A DNA stretch of 64,000 nt. Origin: Octopus vulgaris. Lineage: Eukaryota. The notes below the pieces were generated by a model that was not told where the DNA came from, did not search any database, and saw only the letters and a program-made list of their open reading frames with translations. Both the position numbers and the translations under genes were made by a program. The stretch covers positions 52,824,001 to 52,888,000 of the forward strand of contig OX597825.1 of NCBI GenBank assembly GCA_951406725.2, given 5' to 3'. Position 1 is the stretch's first letter. Each line of letters starts with the position of its first letter. Below, piece by piece: positions 52,390 to 64,000 of this stretch.

Positions 52390-54594
52390 TACTTATAAAT
52401 TATATAACTAAGCTATTTACATAGGCGTATCTGTGTAGTGGATGAAATGCCGCCGTCGTGCTAAACAATATGCCACTTACCGCCTTATGAACACGAATAA
52501 TGGTTACTCAACATATAGTCCTTAGTGAGGTGTAGATAGTAGGGTTATAACCTCGTAATTTCAGTTTATCTCTTTTCTTTGATGCCCTTTCTAAGGTAAA
52601 TATTAAAAAAAAATTCTTTGCAAATATATTTCCATATATTTTGTGTTAATTCATTTAGGTGATGAGCGAGATTTGGCTGCTATTTCTAGAAGCCAACTTA
52701 TGGAATTTCTCTTGTCATAGGGTATATTTTGTTTGAGACATCAGAGGACGCAGCGTTTGAGCGCACATCTCTTTATATCTTAAGATAACCTTGCAATATA
52801 AAAGGGAGCGCGCAACTCCTTATAATTTAAATTAACAACGCAAGCTATCTTAAATTGGGGATCAAACAGTCTGAGGTTTTTCTTTTCTTTTTTTGTTGTG
52901 ATATCCATCATATCAGCGACAAGGAAGTACGGCTACGGCCATAACAAATATAATATGGACAGCAGCAGATGCAGTTCTCGGCACACCAACACGTGATCTC
53001 GTCGTTTGTTGAGGCGCTGCGTAATCAATTATTGTCACAATGTTTCTTGATTACAAGTAAGTGAAAACCTATAATCAAAGACGGCGAAGCTTTGTGGGGC
53101 TCAGGGTAATTACACATTGACGTCAATGAAGGATCTCCATTTTCTTAGCTTCAAGTATATGGAAGAAGTAGAATAAGCAGGAACAGTTTTGATCCACTTG
53201 GGTAATGATCGAATCAGTACGATCGCAAATACAAACGACCGAAATGTGGTTCTTCCGAATAGTGTTAGGAGAAACGTTATTCTATTGAGAGCGTAGCCTG
53301 AACATCAGAAAGCGATTTCAGGTAGTATCTCTACTTTCCGAATAGAGAGGTCACAGCTCTGATAGTACGGAAATGCGGTAAGAGTGCCTTAGGAAAGAAT
53401 CGACGGACAGGTTTTACGGGCAAAAAGAAAAATTACGGCAGGAATCCCAGGGTTAGGCCATGTTCAAGATGTTTGGATAACATCTGTGTGCTCGGTTGGT
53501 CTCATTTGGAGTTCGAGCAGATTCATTTAGAGACGGTTGCTTGTGACGGGATCCGATGGAAGTCGGGCTCTAGAACTCTTCTCCATAACCCTTCCAGGAA
53601 TTAAGCGGGTGAAAAAGATGAGTCGAAGTTTTTACATACACAAATAATCCACCGACATAAACATATATACCTGTATACACTGGTTTCAAATTTTAGTACA
53701 ATACCAGCAATTTCCTAGGCATGGTAAACATGATGACGTTGACTCCAGTCTTATTTTATTGAACCTGAAAGGATGAAAGATAAAGCCGACCCCTTTTCTC
53801 TCTCTTCGTGCACACATGCATGCTGACTTTGTGGGCTTTCTTGAAGTTACTTTTGTCCATAAACGTTAGTTCATTTAAATTGTCAGATGTTTCTTCCTTA
53901 CTTCCACTCGTATAAACCCTTATACACTGAAGCAGGTACCTCTTAAACTATTCAAAATCAGAAACATAAAACCTCTGTCTGTCTCACTAAGATAAAAATC
54001 CACTTCTTTTATCGTAAATTCAGCTTACCTCTTCTCTTTGATGCCCTAAAGTAAATATAAAAAAAAGCATTTTCTTCACTAATATCTTCCCATGGAGTTA
54101 ATCAATTTATGTAGTGAGCGAGATTTGGCTGCTATTTCTAGCGGACTTAGTAGCCGCCTTATGGACCTCCAGTTTAGCAAATTGTATAATCAAGAGCAAT
54201 CCATAGGAGATTCCGAAGAGAAACGGCAGAATGTAGTGAATTGTATGGGACTTAATTGATTGGGTACAACAAGCATCATGAGAGAAGAGAGACGAGTGGT
54301 ACTAATGGTTGAGTGGAGATGGTTTGAATTCAGCGAGTTCCAGGATGTAGAGAGAAGACTTAGCTCGCTTATGGCGAAAGACGATCAAGCGTGTAGCTTT
54401 TTACTAGGTACGTTCTAGTATGACTATGTGTGCAGCAACAGCTCCGTTGGAAGCATGATGAGAGGCATAGTCCATTGTGGACCTCTGATGTGCTTCGTAG
54501 TGTAGGTGTCTCGAAACACCGTGTCGCGCATCATCTGATACAAGGTCATACAGAAGGAATAAATAGTTAAATTTTATTTCTAAGTTACTGACAT

Positions 54595-54750
54595 AGGCGT
54601 GTTTGTGTAGTAAGTCGCTTGCTTCCCAACCAAATGGGTCTTATTAAGTCCCACTACGTAGCAACTTGGACGCGTGGCTTGTGAGCGGATTTGGTAGACG
54701 GCAATTGAAAGAAGCCTGTCCTATTTATGTGTGTGTGTGTGTGTGTGTGA
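54595..54750 (+). mobile_element. SINE family B, 5' part with deletion
   Basis: gcttgcttcccaaccaaatggg...gtgagcggatttggtagacggcaattgaaagaagcc. Confidence 0.75.
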
Positions 54751-55863
54751 AGAACGAGGATAGCTGGACCGTGATGAGCTTTTCATTGTGTAGAATTTCC
54801 TTGTGAACTGTACGACCAGCTTCATCATTTAACATTTTTGATGTTTCTTTTTATTCAGTTTTGTCCTTTGTTGCTGTTTTGAGAAGTAACTTAACTTCAG
54901 ACAACTTTTTACAGATAAATTTTTAGACACTTTTTTTCTGAACCTGGCAAGGTATGTAGGGGGTGCAAATTTTGATTTTGCACCTTCTAAAACTTTTAGG
55001 AGGTGCAAGTGCACCACTGAGTCCCTGTTTTCTGGCCATTGATAATTACACACGTGGAGAGACATACTACTGAGACCTACGACAATCTAATTGGTATATG
55101 TATCAATCTGTGGCAGACCCATCACAAGTAGAAAATAACTGTGCAATGTTCATGATGATAATGTCTGTATCTTCTAAATGCCATGAGAACGGAGACGTCA
55201 AATGGCTGCCTCAGCTTTCGAATCTGCGACAGGGATTAAGCGTGAGCTAGCTAAGAGAGACGAGAGAAAAAAGAAGAGAAGAGAAGAGAGAGAGAAAGAG
55301 AAAGAGAGAGAGGGGGTGGGTGGCGGGGACAGAAAGTGCTCGAGTGATATAAACAAGTCTGTACGTAACTGTGTACTGCCTAGTGAAAGAATAAATACAG
55401 AAATACATTTCAGTCAAAATAGTTATCAAGTTACTATTCGGTGGTTTGTCTAAATTAAATACGACAAAGTAGTGAAGCAGTAAAATGTCATCTGATTATT
55501 TTTTGTTATGAAGAGCAAAAGTTTTATGTTGCAGAGAAATCTATTGTTGCAGGGAATAGAAATTTAAATGACTTTGAGATAAATAATTTAAGATCAAAAT
55601 CAAATATAGATCTTGGGGGACTGTGCACTTCAGTTTTGATGACCCCCCACCCCGCCCATACGCAAAAATCAAAAGATGCGGCAAATCATCAGTTTTAAAC
55701 ACCAAATGTAAATAGAACTGGCATGTTATATCGAAGGTTATATGTAAAAAAATCAACAACCTGTACAAATCTGTTACACACGCACACACTCACGTACACT
55801 TAATACAAAAGTCTATGGTCAAGTTTTTGAACTTATATTAAGAGCATTATTATTTTCTGTTCT

Positions 55864-55970
55864 ACCACTACGCCATATGCCCACGGGCATATGGCGTTGT
55901 GGTTAAGAGCGCGGGTTACTGATTCCGAGTTCGATTCCGAGCAGTGACCTGGACAATAATAATAATAATG

Positions 55971-56016
<46 letters not shown>

Positions 56017-56200
56017 GAAGAAGAAGAAGAAGAAGAAGGAAAAGAAGAACATCGAAAAATACCTTAGGAATGAGAACCCAGGTTCGAAATTTCCCCAAGA
56101 CACCTGAAGAAGGCTGGAGGTTATATCAGCCGAAACGTTGTGTTAACAACAAAGTTGAGGACAAATATCCTCATAATGTAAATAATGTAAATAATGATTA
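55864..56200 (+). mobile_element. tRNA-headed short element with terminal hairpin and hammerhead ribozyme
   Basis: Hairpin 55864-55903; A box TGGCGTTGTGG at 55892; B box GAGTTCGATTCC at 55927-55938; (AAT)n(AAG)n spacer; hammerhead 56099-56144; taatgtaaa tail repeats. Confidence 0.88.
56099..56144 (+). ncRNA. Type I minimal hammerhead ribozyme (canonical core)
   Basis: GACAC / CTGAAGA / A / GGCTG-10nt-CAGCC / GAAA / CGTT / GTGTT. Stems I and II pair; stem III is the ACGT palindrome (dimer-type); predicted cleavage after GUU at 56139. Confidence 0.8.
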
Positions 56201-58084
56201 TTTTCTATTAAAACTTTTTTAGGTATAAAGCTGATTCATATTTTGGTACCAATAATTTATAATTTGGTCGTGTTCAACACATTTATCAATTAACAAATAA
56301 CGCCAAATGGATTCCAGGATCTTGTCATTTGAACTTCAAAAAATTATTCAAAGTTTCTCACACAAAACAACTGACTCATCTTTTGTCTCTAAAATTACAC
56401 ATTCCGAATAATATACAACTTGATGAATGCGAACTATTTCGACAAATGAATCTTATAGAATGAATGACGAATATCACTAGATGCTGTCAATGGTAAGTAT
56501 CAGCCAGCTCAGATAGCAAACTACTGCTATCATCTATGGCCGTGGCGTGTGAAGATGCTATATTTCAGCTGGTGAAAGACCACTGTGATTAAAACGTTCA
56601 TTTCGCATCACACGATTCAAACTTCTGGCATAGTAGATTTAAATTGGTCCTGGCAAGTCGTCCGACTGAATGACTTTAGAAACCTTCAACATCTACATTG
56701 ACGTCGTCTAATAAGCTAATTTTCACATCTCACTTCTATTACCAACATTACTCCCGGATATATTTTAAACATCACACACTGAGCTTTGACATTGACCCAT
56801 TATCTTTCCTATTGGTAACTACATTTATTTTAATTACTATATTTCCGGTATTTTTAAATAACCAAGCTCACTCTTCCTGAAACGAAATCATTAAGAAATA
56901 TCTTTAAACATGCGATAGTAAAGAATGCTCATATCTCTTATTTTGGACACCAAGCACGTACTAATAGATCAATCATTGGTACTTAACTATTTTGAGAAAA
57001 CGGTTAAAAAGTATTGTACGTACAATCGAAAATTGATGTCTGAGTTTCGAAAGTTCCAATCCAGTATCTAGAGACTTAGCCCCAAGTACAGAACGACCTT
57101 GGGCATGTGACTTTACTTAAAGGTGCTGATTTTCCCTAAAATAAGGCTTTTTTTTTTCACTATCTTAATATAAACATATCTTTTTTTACATAAAAAGAAT
57201 AAGATTGAGTAAACAAGGCATCTTTAGAAATAATGAGCTTAATATTAATATCAATATTTTATCGCTTCCTGTTGGAAATTTTATCAATAAAGTGGAAGAT
57301 CCTGAAGATGAAAGAGAATGGTTTAATTTAGTCCTAATATTAACCTTGCCGAAGATTCTAATGACTGCCTTGATGACACTTCCAGAAGATATTATGAACA
57401 TTTCTTAGTAATTAATGGGTTCATTGGATTATGAAGTTCGGATACTTATTTGTCCACTGATGAATTTTTCACCCATAAAATCCATGTTTTATTCTGTTGA
57501 TGGAACAGGATTAATATCCAAACAGAAGAAGTAGAAAATAATGATGATGATGATGATGATGATTACAAGGCCTGAATATTTGGAGGAGCTGTTAGTTTAT
57601 TAAATCAACCACCACAAACACTACCACCCCACCCCGCCCCCGCTATCACCACCAATAATGGAATCCCTGTAAAATAGCTTGACCTGTTTATTATAAGTGT
57701 ATAATGGAGATTCTATGGTGTCACATGAGCCAATTCCAAGGAATTGTTAAATAACAACATAATCGCTCAGATCCATCTTCATTCCAAGCGACCGAAATGG
57801 GACAACGTGGGGTTAATTTCGTAGTGATACCAAAAAAACGTATGGGTATGAGTCCATATATAATTTATTTGTAGCACAGTGTTGGTACTGCAATAATAAT
57901 CCTGCTGAAAAGCAACACAGTTTCAATTTGGTCAATAGATGCCAGAAATAACAGCTAGGTCTTGTTTTAAATACGACTAGGCAGGCAATGTAGGCCTACA
58001 TACTCCTGAAGATATTTTGATAATTACGGCTGGAATATCTTTATCATATCTTCTTTAGTTGCCATGTCCAGAATTTTGGACATA

Positions 58085-58330
58085 GGCAACTGTATCCTAC
58101 CATAATTCTATATACTTTATTTTCTATAACAATGCCACTTCCTGATTAATGCCTCCGCCTTCCAACCAATTGATCAAGCTCAACATCCATATCATCCTTC
58201 TCCTTCCTCTGCTTGTTTTTCCTTCAATCTTTCTGGTCATTACTAAATTCTTCAGGCCCTCTTTTCTTATCACATGACTAAGAAATCTCGGTTTCGTGGC
58301 CCTTATCTCACGAAGCAGTTTCTTATTTAC
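58085..58330 (-). mobile_element. Old RTE 3' fragment
   Basis: FLSHVIRKEGLKNLVMTRKIEGKTSRGRRRMIW. Confidence 0.75.
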
Positions 58331-58510
58331 CGCGTAAATGAAACAAGGTGACCGAATAATGGCGACTTCATTATTGGTGATTTCAAGAAAGGAGTAAGAC
58401 TACTTTGATCATCAGGCTTATGCTAGGGGTAAGCAAGACAACATCAGTAATAACTACAGCAAAAAAAAAAACAACAAATAAAACAACAGCTACAGCAACA
58501 ACAACTAGTT

Positions 58511-58700
58511 GAGGCGCAATGGCCCAGTGGCTAGGGCAGCGAACTCGCTGTCGTTAGAACGCGGTTTCGATTCCCAGACCGGGCATTGTCAGTGTTTATT
58601 GAGCAAAACACCTAAGCTCCACGTGGCTCCGGCGGGGTGGTGGTGAACCCCGCTGTACTCTTTCACTACAACTTTCTCTCACTCTTTCTTCCTACTTCTG
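58511..58700 (+). mobile_element. tRNA-derived SINE family D
   Basis: A box tggcccagtgg, B box ggtttcgattccc, body gtttattgagcaaaacacctaagctccac. Confidence 0.75.
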
Positions 58701-59349
58701 CCACAAAGCAGAGGGACCATGGTGTAACCTAGTCTACATTGCGAATCCTCTGTACCCCAGGATGGTTCAGCTCTCCACCCGTTAAAAGCCACCGTTTACG
58801 GAATAAGGATAACAACGTAGCCTTCGCGTCCGTGCAACCGCCAGTCTATCACGTGTAGTGGGTGGATCTTCAAGTTGCCACACGCATTCTTAGTAGCTTA
58901 GAGTAGACTCGAATTAGAGATTATTCTTTGTGGCTAATGACGTGAGTCTTGATTGGAAGAAGAAGAAGAAGAAGAAGAAGAAGAAGCAGCAACAACTATA
59001 CAAAAGCAAAAACTACAACTACAATGGCAATAACAACGACAATAACAAAAACTGCATTGATAGCAACAGCGACTTCAGTAACAACAATAGAAACAACAAC
59101 AACATTTCTAGGGAAGAATGATTAATAAATATGTTGAGGGAAGATCTGGTGGTGGGGTAGTTCAGACAAATGAGGTAAACAGACATGGAGTGGAGTGTTG
59201 TAAGCTGTTGGGATTGAGGTCTTGGCTGAAAGTGGTGAGGAACTTGTTGGTTTGGAGGACCAAATGCTGTAGCAATTGAGGTCTGTGGTACAGAGAGAGT
59301 ACAAAGCATATGTATTAACTTCAGCAGGTAAAATGTGTCGTATGTTGAG

Positions 59350-59530
59350 TGAATACGGATTAAGTCGATTATATCGACCCAAGTGCGTAACTGGTACTTA
59401 ATTTATCGCTCCCGAAAAGATGAAAGGCAAAAGTGGACCTCGGCGTAATTCGAACTCACAACGTAACGGTGGACGAAATACCGCTAAGCATTTCGCCCAG
59501 CGTCCTAACGTTTCTGCCAGTTCACCGCCA
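59350..59530 (-). mobile_element. SINE family A (CpG-intact)
   Basis: cgaaaagatgaaaggcaaagtggacctcggcgtaattcgaactc...tctgccagttcaccgcc. Confidence 0.9.
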
Positions 59531-59749
59531 GTCTTGAGGGTTTTGCTTGTGTGTTAATCAGGAATAAAGAGAATCTAGTGCAGGGCGAGGAACATTAGTT
59601 TATATTTGATATTGGCATTGATTTAAGAGTAAACTTTAATGAAACACACCGAGATAAAATTTATGTAAATATTGGGAATATAATTATATTTATTGTGAAA
59701 ATGTAATTACAGATATTAAAGCAATAAACAAAACAATATAGATTCAAGT

Positions 59750-60750
59750 TTTAGAAGAACCTTTTAAGATTTAAGAACACTAAAATAAATGTATTGCAAT
59801 GTAACAAAATGAAATGAGCTTCACACAAAATCCAGATTTCTGTTAGAAAGTCGAACCTTTGGGTCTCAAAAGTAATTTGAAGTAGCCTCAGGAACAACGT
59901 CGCTGGCCGAGTATAACATATTTCCTGCAATAAATGAAATATTTGTAGTTTTCGAAAGTCTAAGTTGACATGTTCCCTTTCAAGAAATATTTTTGACATC
60001 ATTGCTCAAGGAAACGACGCATTTCTAGCATGAGATTTCTTTGTGCATGTGGATGTGATCAGTACTTAGCAGGTTTGGAGGCGTGAAGGTGGCGTCATCT
60101 ACATAATATCATATAGGTCATTAATGTAAAGGATAGAAAGTGTGTGAGATGTAGCTGAACTTTTAGGGTAGGATAAAATATGGAGGAGGGAGGGTCCCAT
60201 CAGAGCGCACTGTAATGAAGCCATCTAGTCTTGAAATTATGATCCGAGAAATGAAAGATTGATCATGTTCATAAGGAGGCAAATTAGTAATGAGATACTT
60301 TTGTTACATACGAGCGAAAGTTCCCTTGGTGTCAAGAGAGAACAACGTTATTACTGTCTCACAACTTCTCAAAGGTTGAAGGACCTCAGGTGTGTGATGT
60401 GGGAGAAGATGTCTTCAGTAGATTCTGTTCTAAATGAACAATAACTGCGGCGGTTACTGAGAAGGGAGAGAAACTAAAACTGATGAAGGAGCTGTTTGTT
60501 CGGGTTTCATTTGATTATATTCGACATATTGTGAAAGAAAGAAGGCCATAGGGAAATACATGATAGGGTCAGCAAGGTTAAGTTCCTTAGAAAAGTGACA
60601 TATCGTATGTTTACAAATATATTGGGATTGATCAGTTCCATGTGGAAAAGGAGAGACCAATGTGCTCGGTGAAGATAACATCTTACTCTGGATTAACCAG
60701 ACGGAAATAGAAGCAAACCGCCTTCATTTAAATGGTATTCGTTAACTTTA
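59750..60750 (-). mobile_element. Ancient CR1/Jockey-like LINE RT fragment
   Basis: Minus-strand remnants in the expected order: DPIMYFPM (P..YRPI-like), SFRT.ESTED, DTKGTF, ILYINDL, YVDDAT. Confidence 0.6.
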
Positions 60751-60814
60751 TTTCATCGATTAATTATCCAGAGGCAATTTAGGACCAGTGCAGACCTTGC
60801 TGTTGTTGCTGCTT

Positions 60815-60931
<117 letters not shown>

Positions 60932-61622
60932 TGTCAACACCAACAACATCTATGTGGTTACTGTAAACTGCTAGAAATCTCACACTCAAATGACTAAGAC
61001 AAGGAAAAAGACGTCGAACAATATACGTGAGCACGCACACACACACACACTCACTCGCACACACATACACCCACATATATATGGGATGGTCACGGATTTG
61101 AGTTAGGATGCTTTTGATCATAAGTTCTCTCAATTAGTCTCGCCTGGGGTTAAAAATCAACCACAACAGCAACCTGAAAAGCAGCACTAACACCATCACC
61201 ATCACCCATACCATCATCATCATTGCCCTTGTTGCCTCATTTACATATCTTTACTTCACACACGAAGACTACAACTACTTTCACCACCGCTATTGCATAA
61301 CATTACTCCACCATCAACACTTCCACCACCACCACCACCACCACCACTACCACCACCACCACCACCACCACCACCACCACCATAACGTTTTAGACAACGA
61401 CCACAACGCCACCATCAGCATACCAAAATCTGGCAGTTAGCGCTCTATATTGGTGTGTTTCACATAATTCTACGTCAAATATATTTAACTAAAATACTAT
61501 TGACTAAATGGAGATCTGTCTGTCTCTTGTGTGGTGTTTAAATGTGTCTATGGCTTTTCGGGGTGGGAGAGCGAGGTTCCTAAACTATACACATAGACGT
61601 CTGAGTGTGTACGTATGTATAA

Positions 61623-61698
<76 letters not shown>

Positions 61699-62208
61699 GG
61701 TTGTACTTAAGCACACGCATACTCACAAACACACACACATATAAATATATAAAACTGTTGTCTGCAATCCCAAGTTCGCAGTATTAAAACTATAACGCCA
61801 TTACGCCATCACTCACCGATATCGTCGCCATACAGTTGTACAGTGATAAGACAAAGTAGTTCTTGGAACGATCTCAGTTGCCATTACTGAGACATGAAGA
61901 CTTAGAAAACAACGGTCATAATGAATTTTCAGACTATTCTTAATTCTCTGCTCTAATAATATTTAAGAGTTATTTGTGTATCACTAGAACTGTCCAATGT
62001 TAACATATAAATGATATTGGACCTTTACAATAAGCGAGAATATTTTTCTCCAAGGTAAATAGCAGTGAAATTCCTTTTAGTTGTCACAAGCATATTTGAA
62101 CGAATCTAAAGATTATTTCACTATCAATGTTTCGTACTACAGCTTTTCCAATTGCCTTAGTATTCCACTTGATAACTTCTGATATTGTTCCCAAGAACCC
62201 AACAATAA

Positions 62209-63817
62209 CACTGGTCAACAGCCAATTTTCATCAGGGATATTATATGGTGTTTTATATGTAGTTTTGTCCGCAGATTTCAAAAATGTAATCGGTTTCCTT
62301 CTATCAGGCACAGTTTTTCTGATGAGATAAGAGAGGTATATAACTCCCATCAGCAGTATCGCCACACGTAAACGTTTTATACAGGTAAATTCTGACTTCT
62401 GTTTTATAACTATTTGTATTCATTTTGTAATTTTATGTATTCATAATCTTTTCTTTTCATAAATTTTACTTTCTGTTTGAGGTACCAAGTCATCATCATC
62501 ATTAAATTCTACTTAGGATGTCAAGGCATTGCAAGAACAGTCCTGATATATTTTGTCATGTCTGTGGTTCATTTACCACCAAAGCTCAGCAACATGCCAT
62601 CACAAGTGAAATCAAGAAGATCTACCAGTTATACTTTGGTTACTCTCTTGGGGATCAAGATAAGAGTTGGGCCCCGCACATCATCTGCTCAGCTTCTTCA
62701 AATGGACTAACGGATTGGCTAAATAAGAGGAAGTGAGCAATGCCGTTTGCAATACCTATGATATGGAGAGAGCCAAAGGATCATTTCATGGACAGTTATG
62801 TGGAGACTTGAAGACAATTGGAATGTTGATGGAAATGCAATCTGGGTTCACGAAATATTGTTGCTTGTTATGCCTATGGGACAGTCGTGCAACTAACAAG
62901 CACTATGTGCAATCAGAGTGGCCTTTGCGAAAATCATATGAGCCGGGAGTTTCTAGCGTAAAGAAGAAGCCACTTTTAAACCAAGAAAGTGTTCTTCTCC
63001 GTCTTCACATAAAGCTTGGCCTCATGAAACAATTCATGAAGACACTTGCCAGGAAAAGCTCAAAAGGTTATGAATATGTGAAGGCCGAATTTCCAAAAAT
63101 CACCGAGGCAAAACTGAAGGAGGACGTATTCATAGGTCCTCAGATAAAAGAACCCCTGACGGGCAATCACTTCCTCACTGGATGAGATTGAGCTTAAAGC
63201 CTGGGAATCCTTGAAATGGCTCTGTGAAAATTTCCTAGGCAGCAAGAGATCTCTAGAGTTTAGAAATGGAATGAAATGTCTTCTAGGCTTCTACGCTGCA
63301 ATGGGCTGTTGGATGTCACTAAAAGTACATTTCCTTGATTCACATCTGAACCTTTTGCAGAGAACCTTGGAGCATTGTCTGAGGAGCAAGGGGAACGCTT
63401 TCATCAAGATATTGCATCGATGGAACAACGATATCAAGGATACTGGAATGCAGGAATGTTAGCTGACTACTGTTGGATGTTATACAGGGATGAATCTGAA
63501 ACAAAACACCATAGAAAGTCCAAATCCCAAAGATTTTAAGTTGTTATGCATTTGAGAGTATTCAAACTTATTTCTACACAATAATTTTAATTTCGTATTA
63601 TAAAAAACCATGAAATTATCGTATCTTGTATTCAATATACTTTATATAGACATGCTATACGTATCCTATAAGTTAAAACAGTAGGCATCATTAACACGAA
63701 AATGTGACCTTATAGAGGAAATCGGACTTCAGATTCGTAATCAGCATAAACAATTAACCCAGAAAAGTCAATCAAGAACTCTGATGATTAAAAAAAGTTT
63801 CATTTTGTTGACCAGTG
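62209..63817 (+). mobile_element. Chapaev3-like (CMC) DNA transposon, internally deleted
   Basis: CAC...GTG termini (cactggtcaaca / tgttgaccagtg), TAA TSD; transposase remnants CKNSPDIFCHVCG, GDQDKSWAPHIIC, CGDLK, GFTKYCCLLCLWDSR, LHIKLGLMKQF, MSLKVHFLDSHL, EEQGERFHQDI. Confidence 0.85.
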
Positions 63818-64000
63818 TAATTGGCACTATCTTTACATCCTTCATTTTCCATAGCCGAGCTATTCCGTACTTAAGGGGGTTGTATATCTTTCAGCCTTCC
63901 TTCTTGGCTATTCATGGGTCAAAGAGGTATGCAACATCAACTATATAGCATATGTGGTGCATTTGTCCACCACCACTGGGTCCGATCTGTTATGCTCTAG

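Noticed and set aside
53100-53220. Cadherin-like 'NGDPSLTS' (minus) and SGNH-like 'VLIHLGND' (plus) peptides
   Set aside because: Isolated short matches amid stops with no other family motifs; probably chance.
54455-54538. Possible C/D box snoRNA (ATGATGA...CTGA...CTGA)
   Set aside because: No terminal stem, no recognisable rRNA guide, and the last D box is GTGA in the paralog near 51137.
55190-55215. YY1-like aaatggctgcc next to gacgtca: possible second promoter
   Set aside because: Short motifs only, with no exon structure found nearby.
55885-55950. tRNA gene
   Set aside because: No acceptor stem and the anticodon arm is partly deleted; it is a SINE head. The same applies to the other SINE heads.
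57186-57408. Overlapping 67-71 aa ORFs in unique sequence
   Set aside because: No recognisable domain; lengths are within chance expectation.

Overview
Repeat-dominated, AT-rich eukaryotic DNA. The SINE/LINE repertoire and the dense (TA)n, (TATG)n and (CA)n microsatellites look like an octopus (cephalopod) genome; that assignment is an inference. No intact host gene is recognisable, and most ORF-track entries are microsatellite artefacts. Recognisable content: a near-intact full-length RTE LINE (~23.7-28.1 kb) with a PHD finger inserted inside its reverse transcriptase, plus several truncated relatives; a 3' fragment of an RLE (R4/Dong-like) retrotransposon; decayed RTE and CR1/Jockey-like fragments; Tc1, mariner, maT (DD37D) and Chapaev3-like DNA transposons; MITEs; about 20 tRNA-derived SINEs from four families; and a local segmental duplication (47.6-54.6 kb). 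The most interesting signal is a set of five short non-coding element families, each carrying a type I minimal hammerhead ribozyme of the Penelope-like kind, each with a different catalytic-core variant. One of them is a tRNA-headed, Pol III-type SINE with a terminal hairpin and a canonical hammerhead, a candidate ribozyme-bearing SINE mobilised by Penelope-like elements. A sharp change in CpG decay near 48.2 kb suggests the edge of a methylated gene body, with a candidate promoter at ~49.2 kb. All alignments and folds were done by eye.
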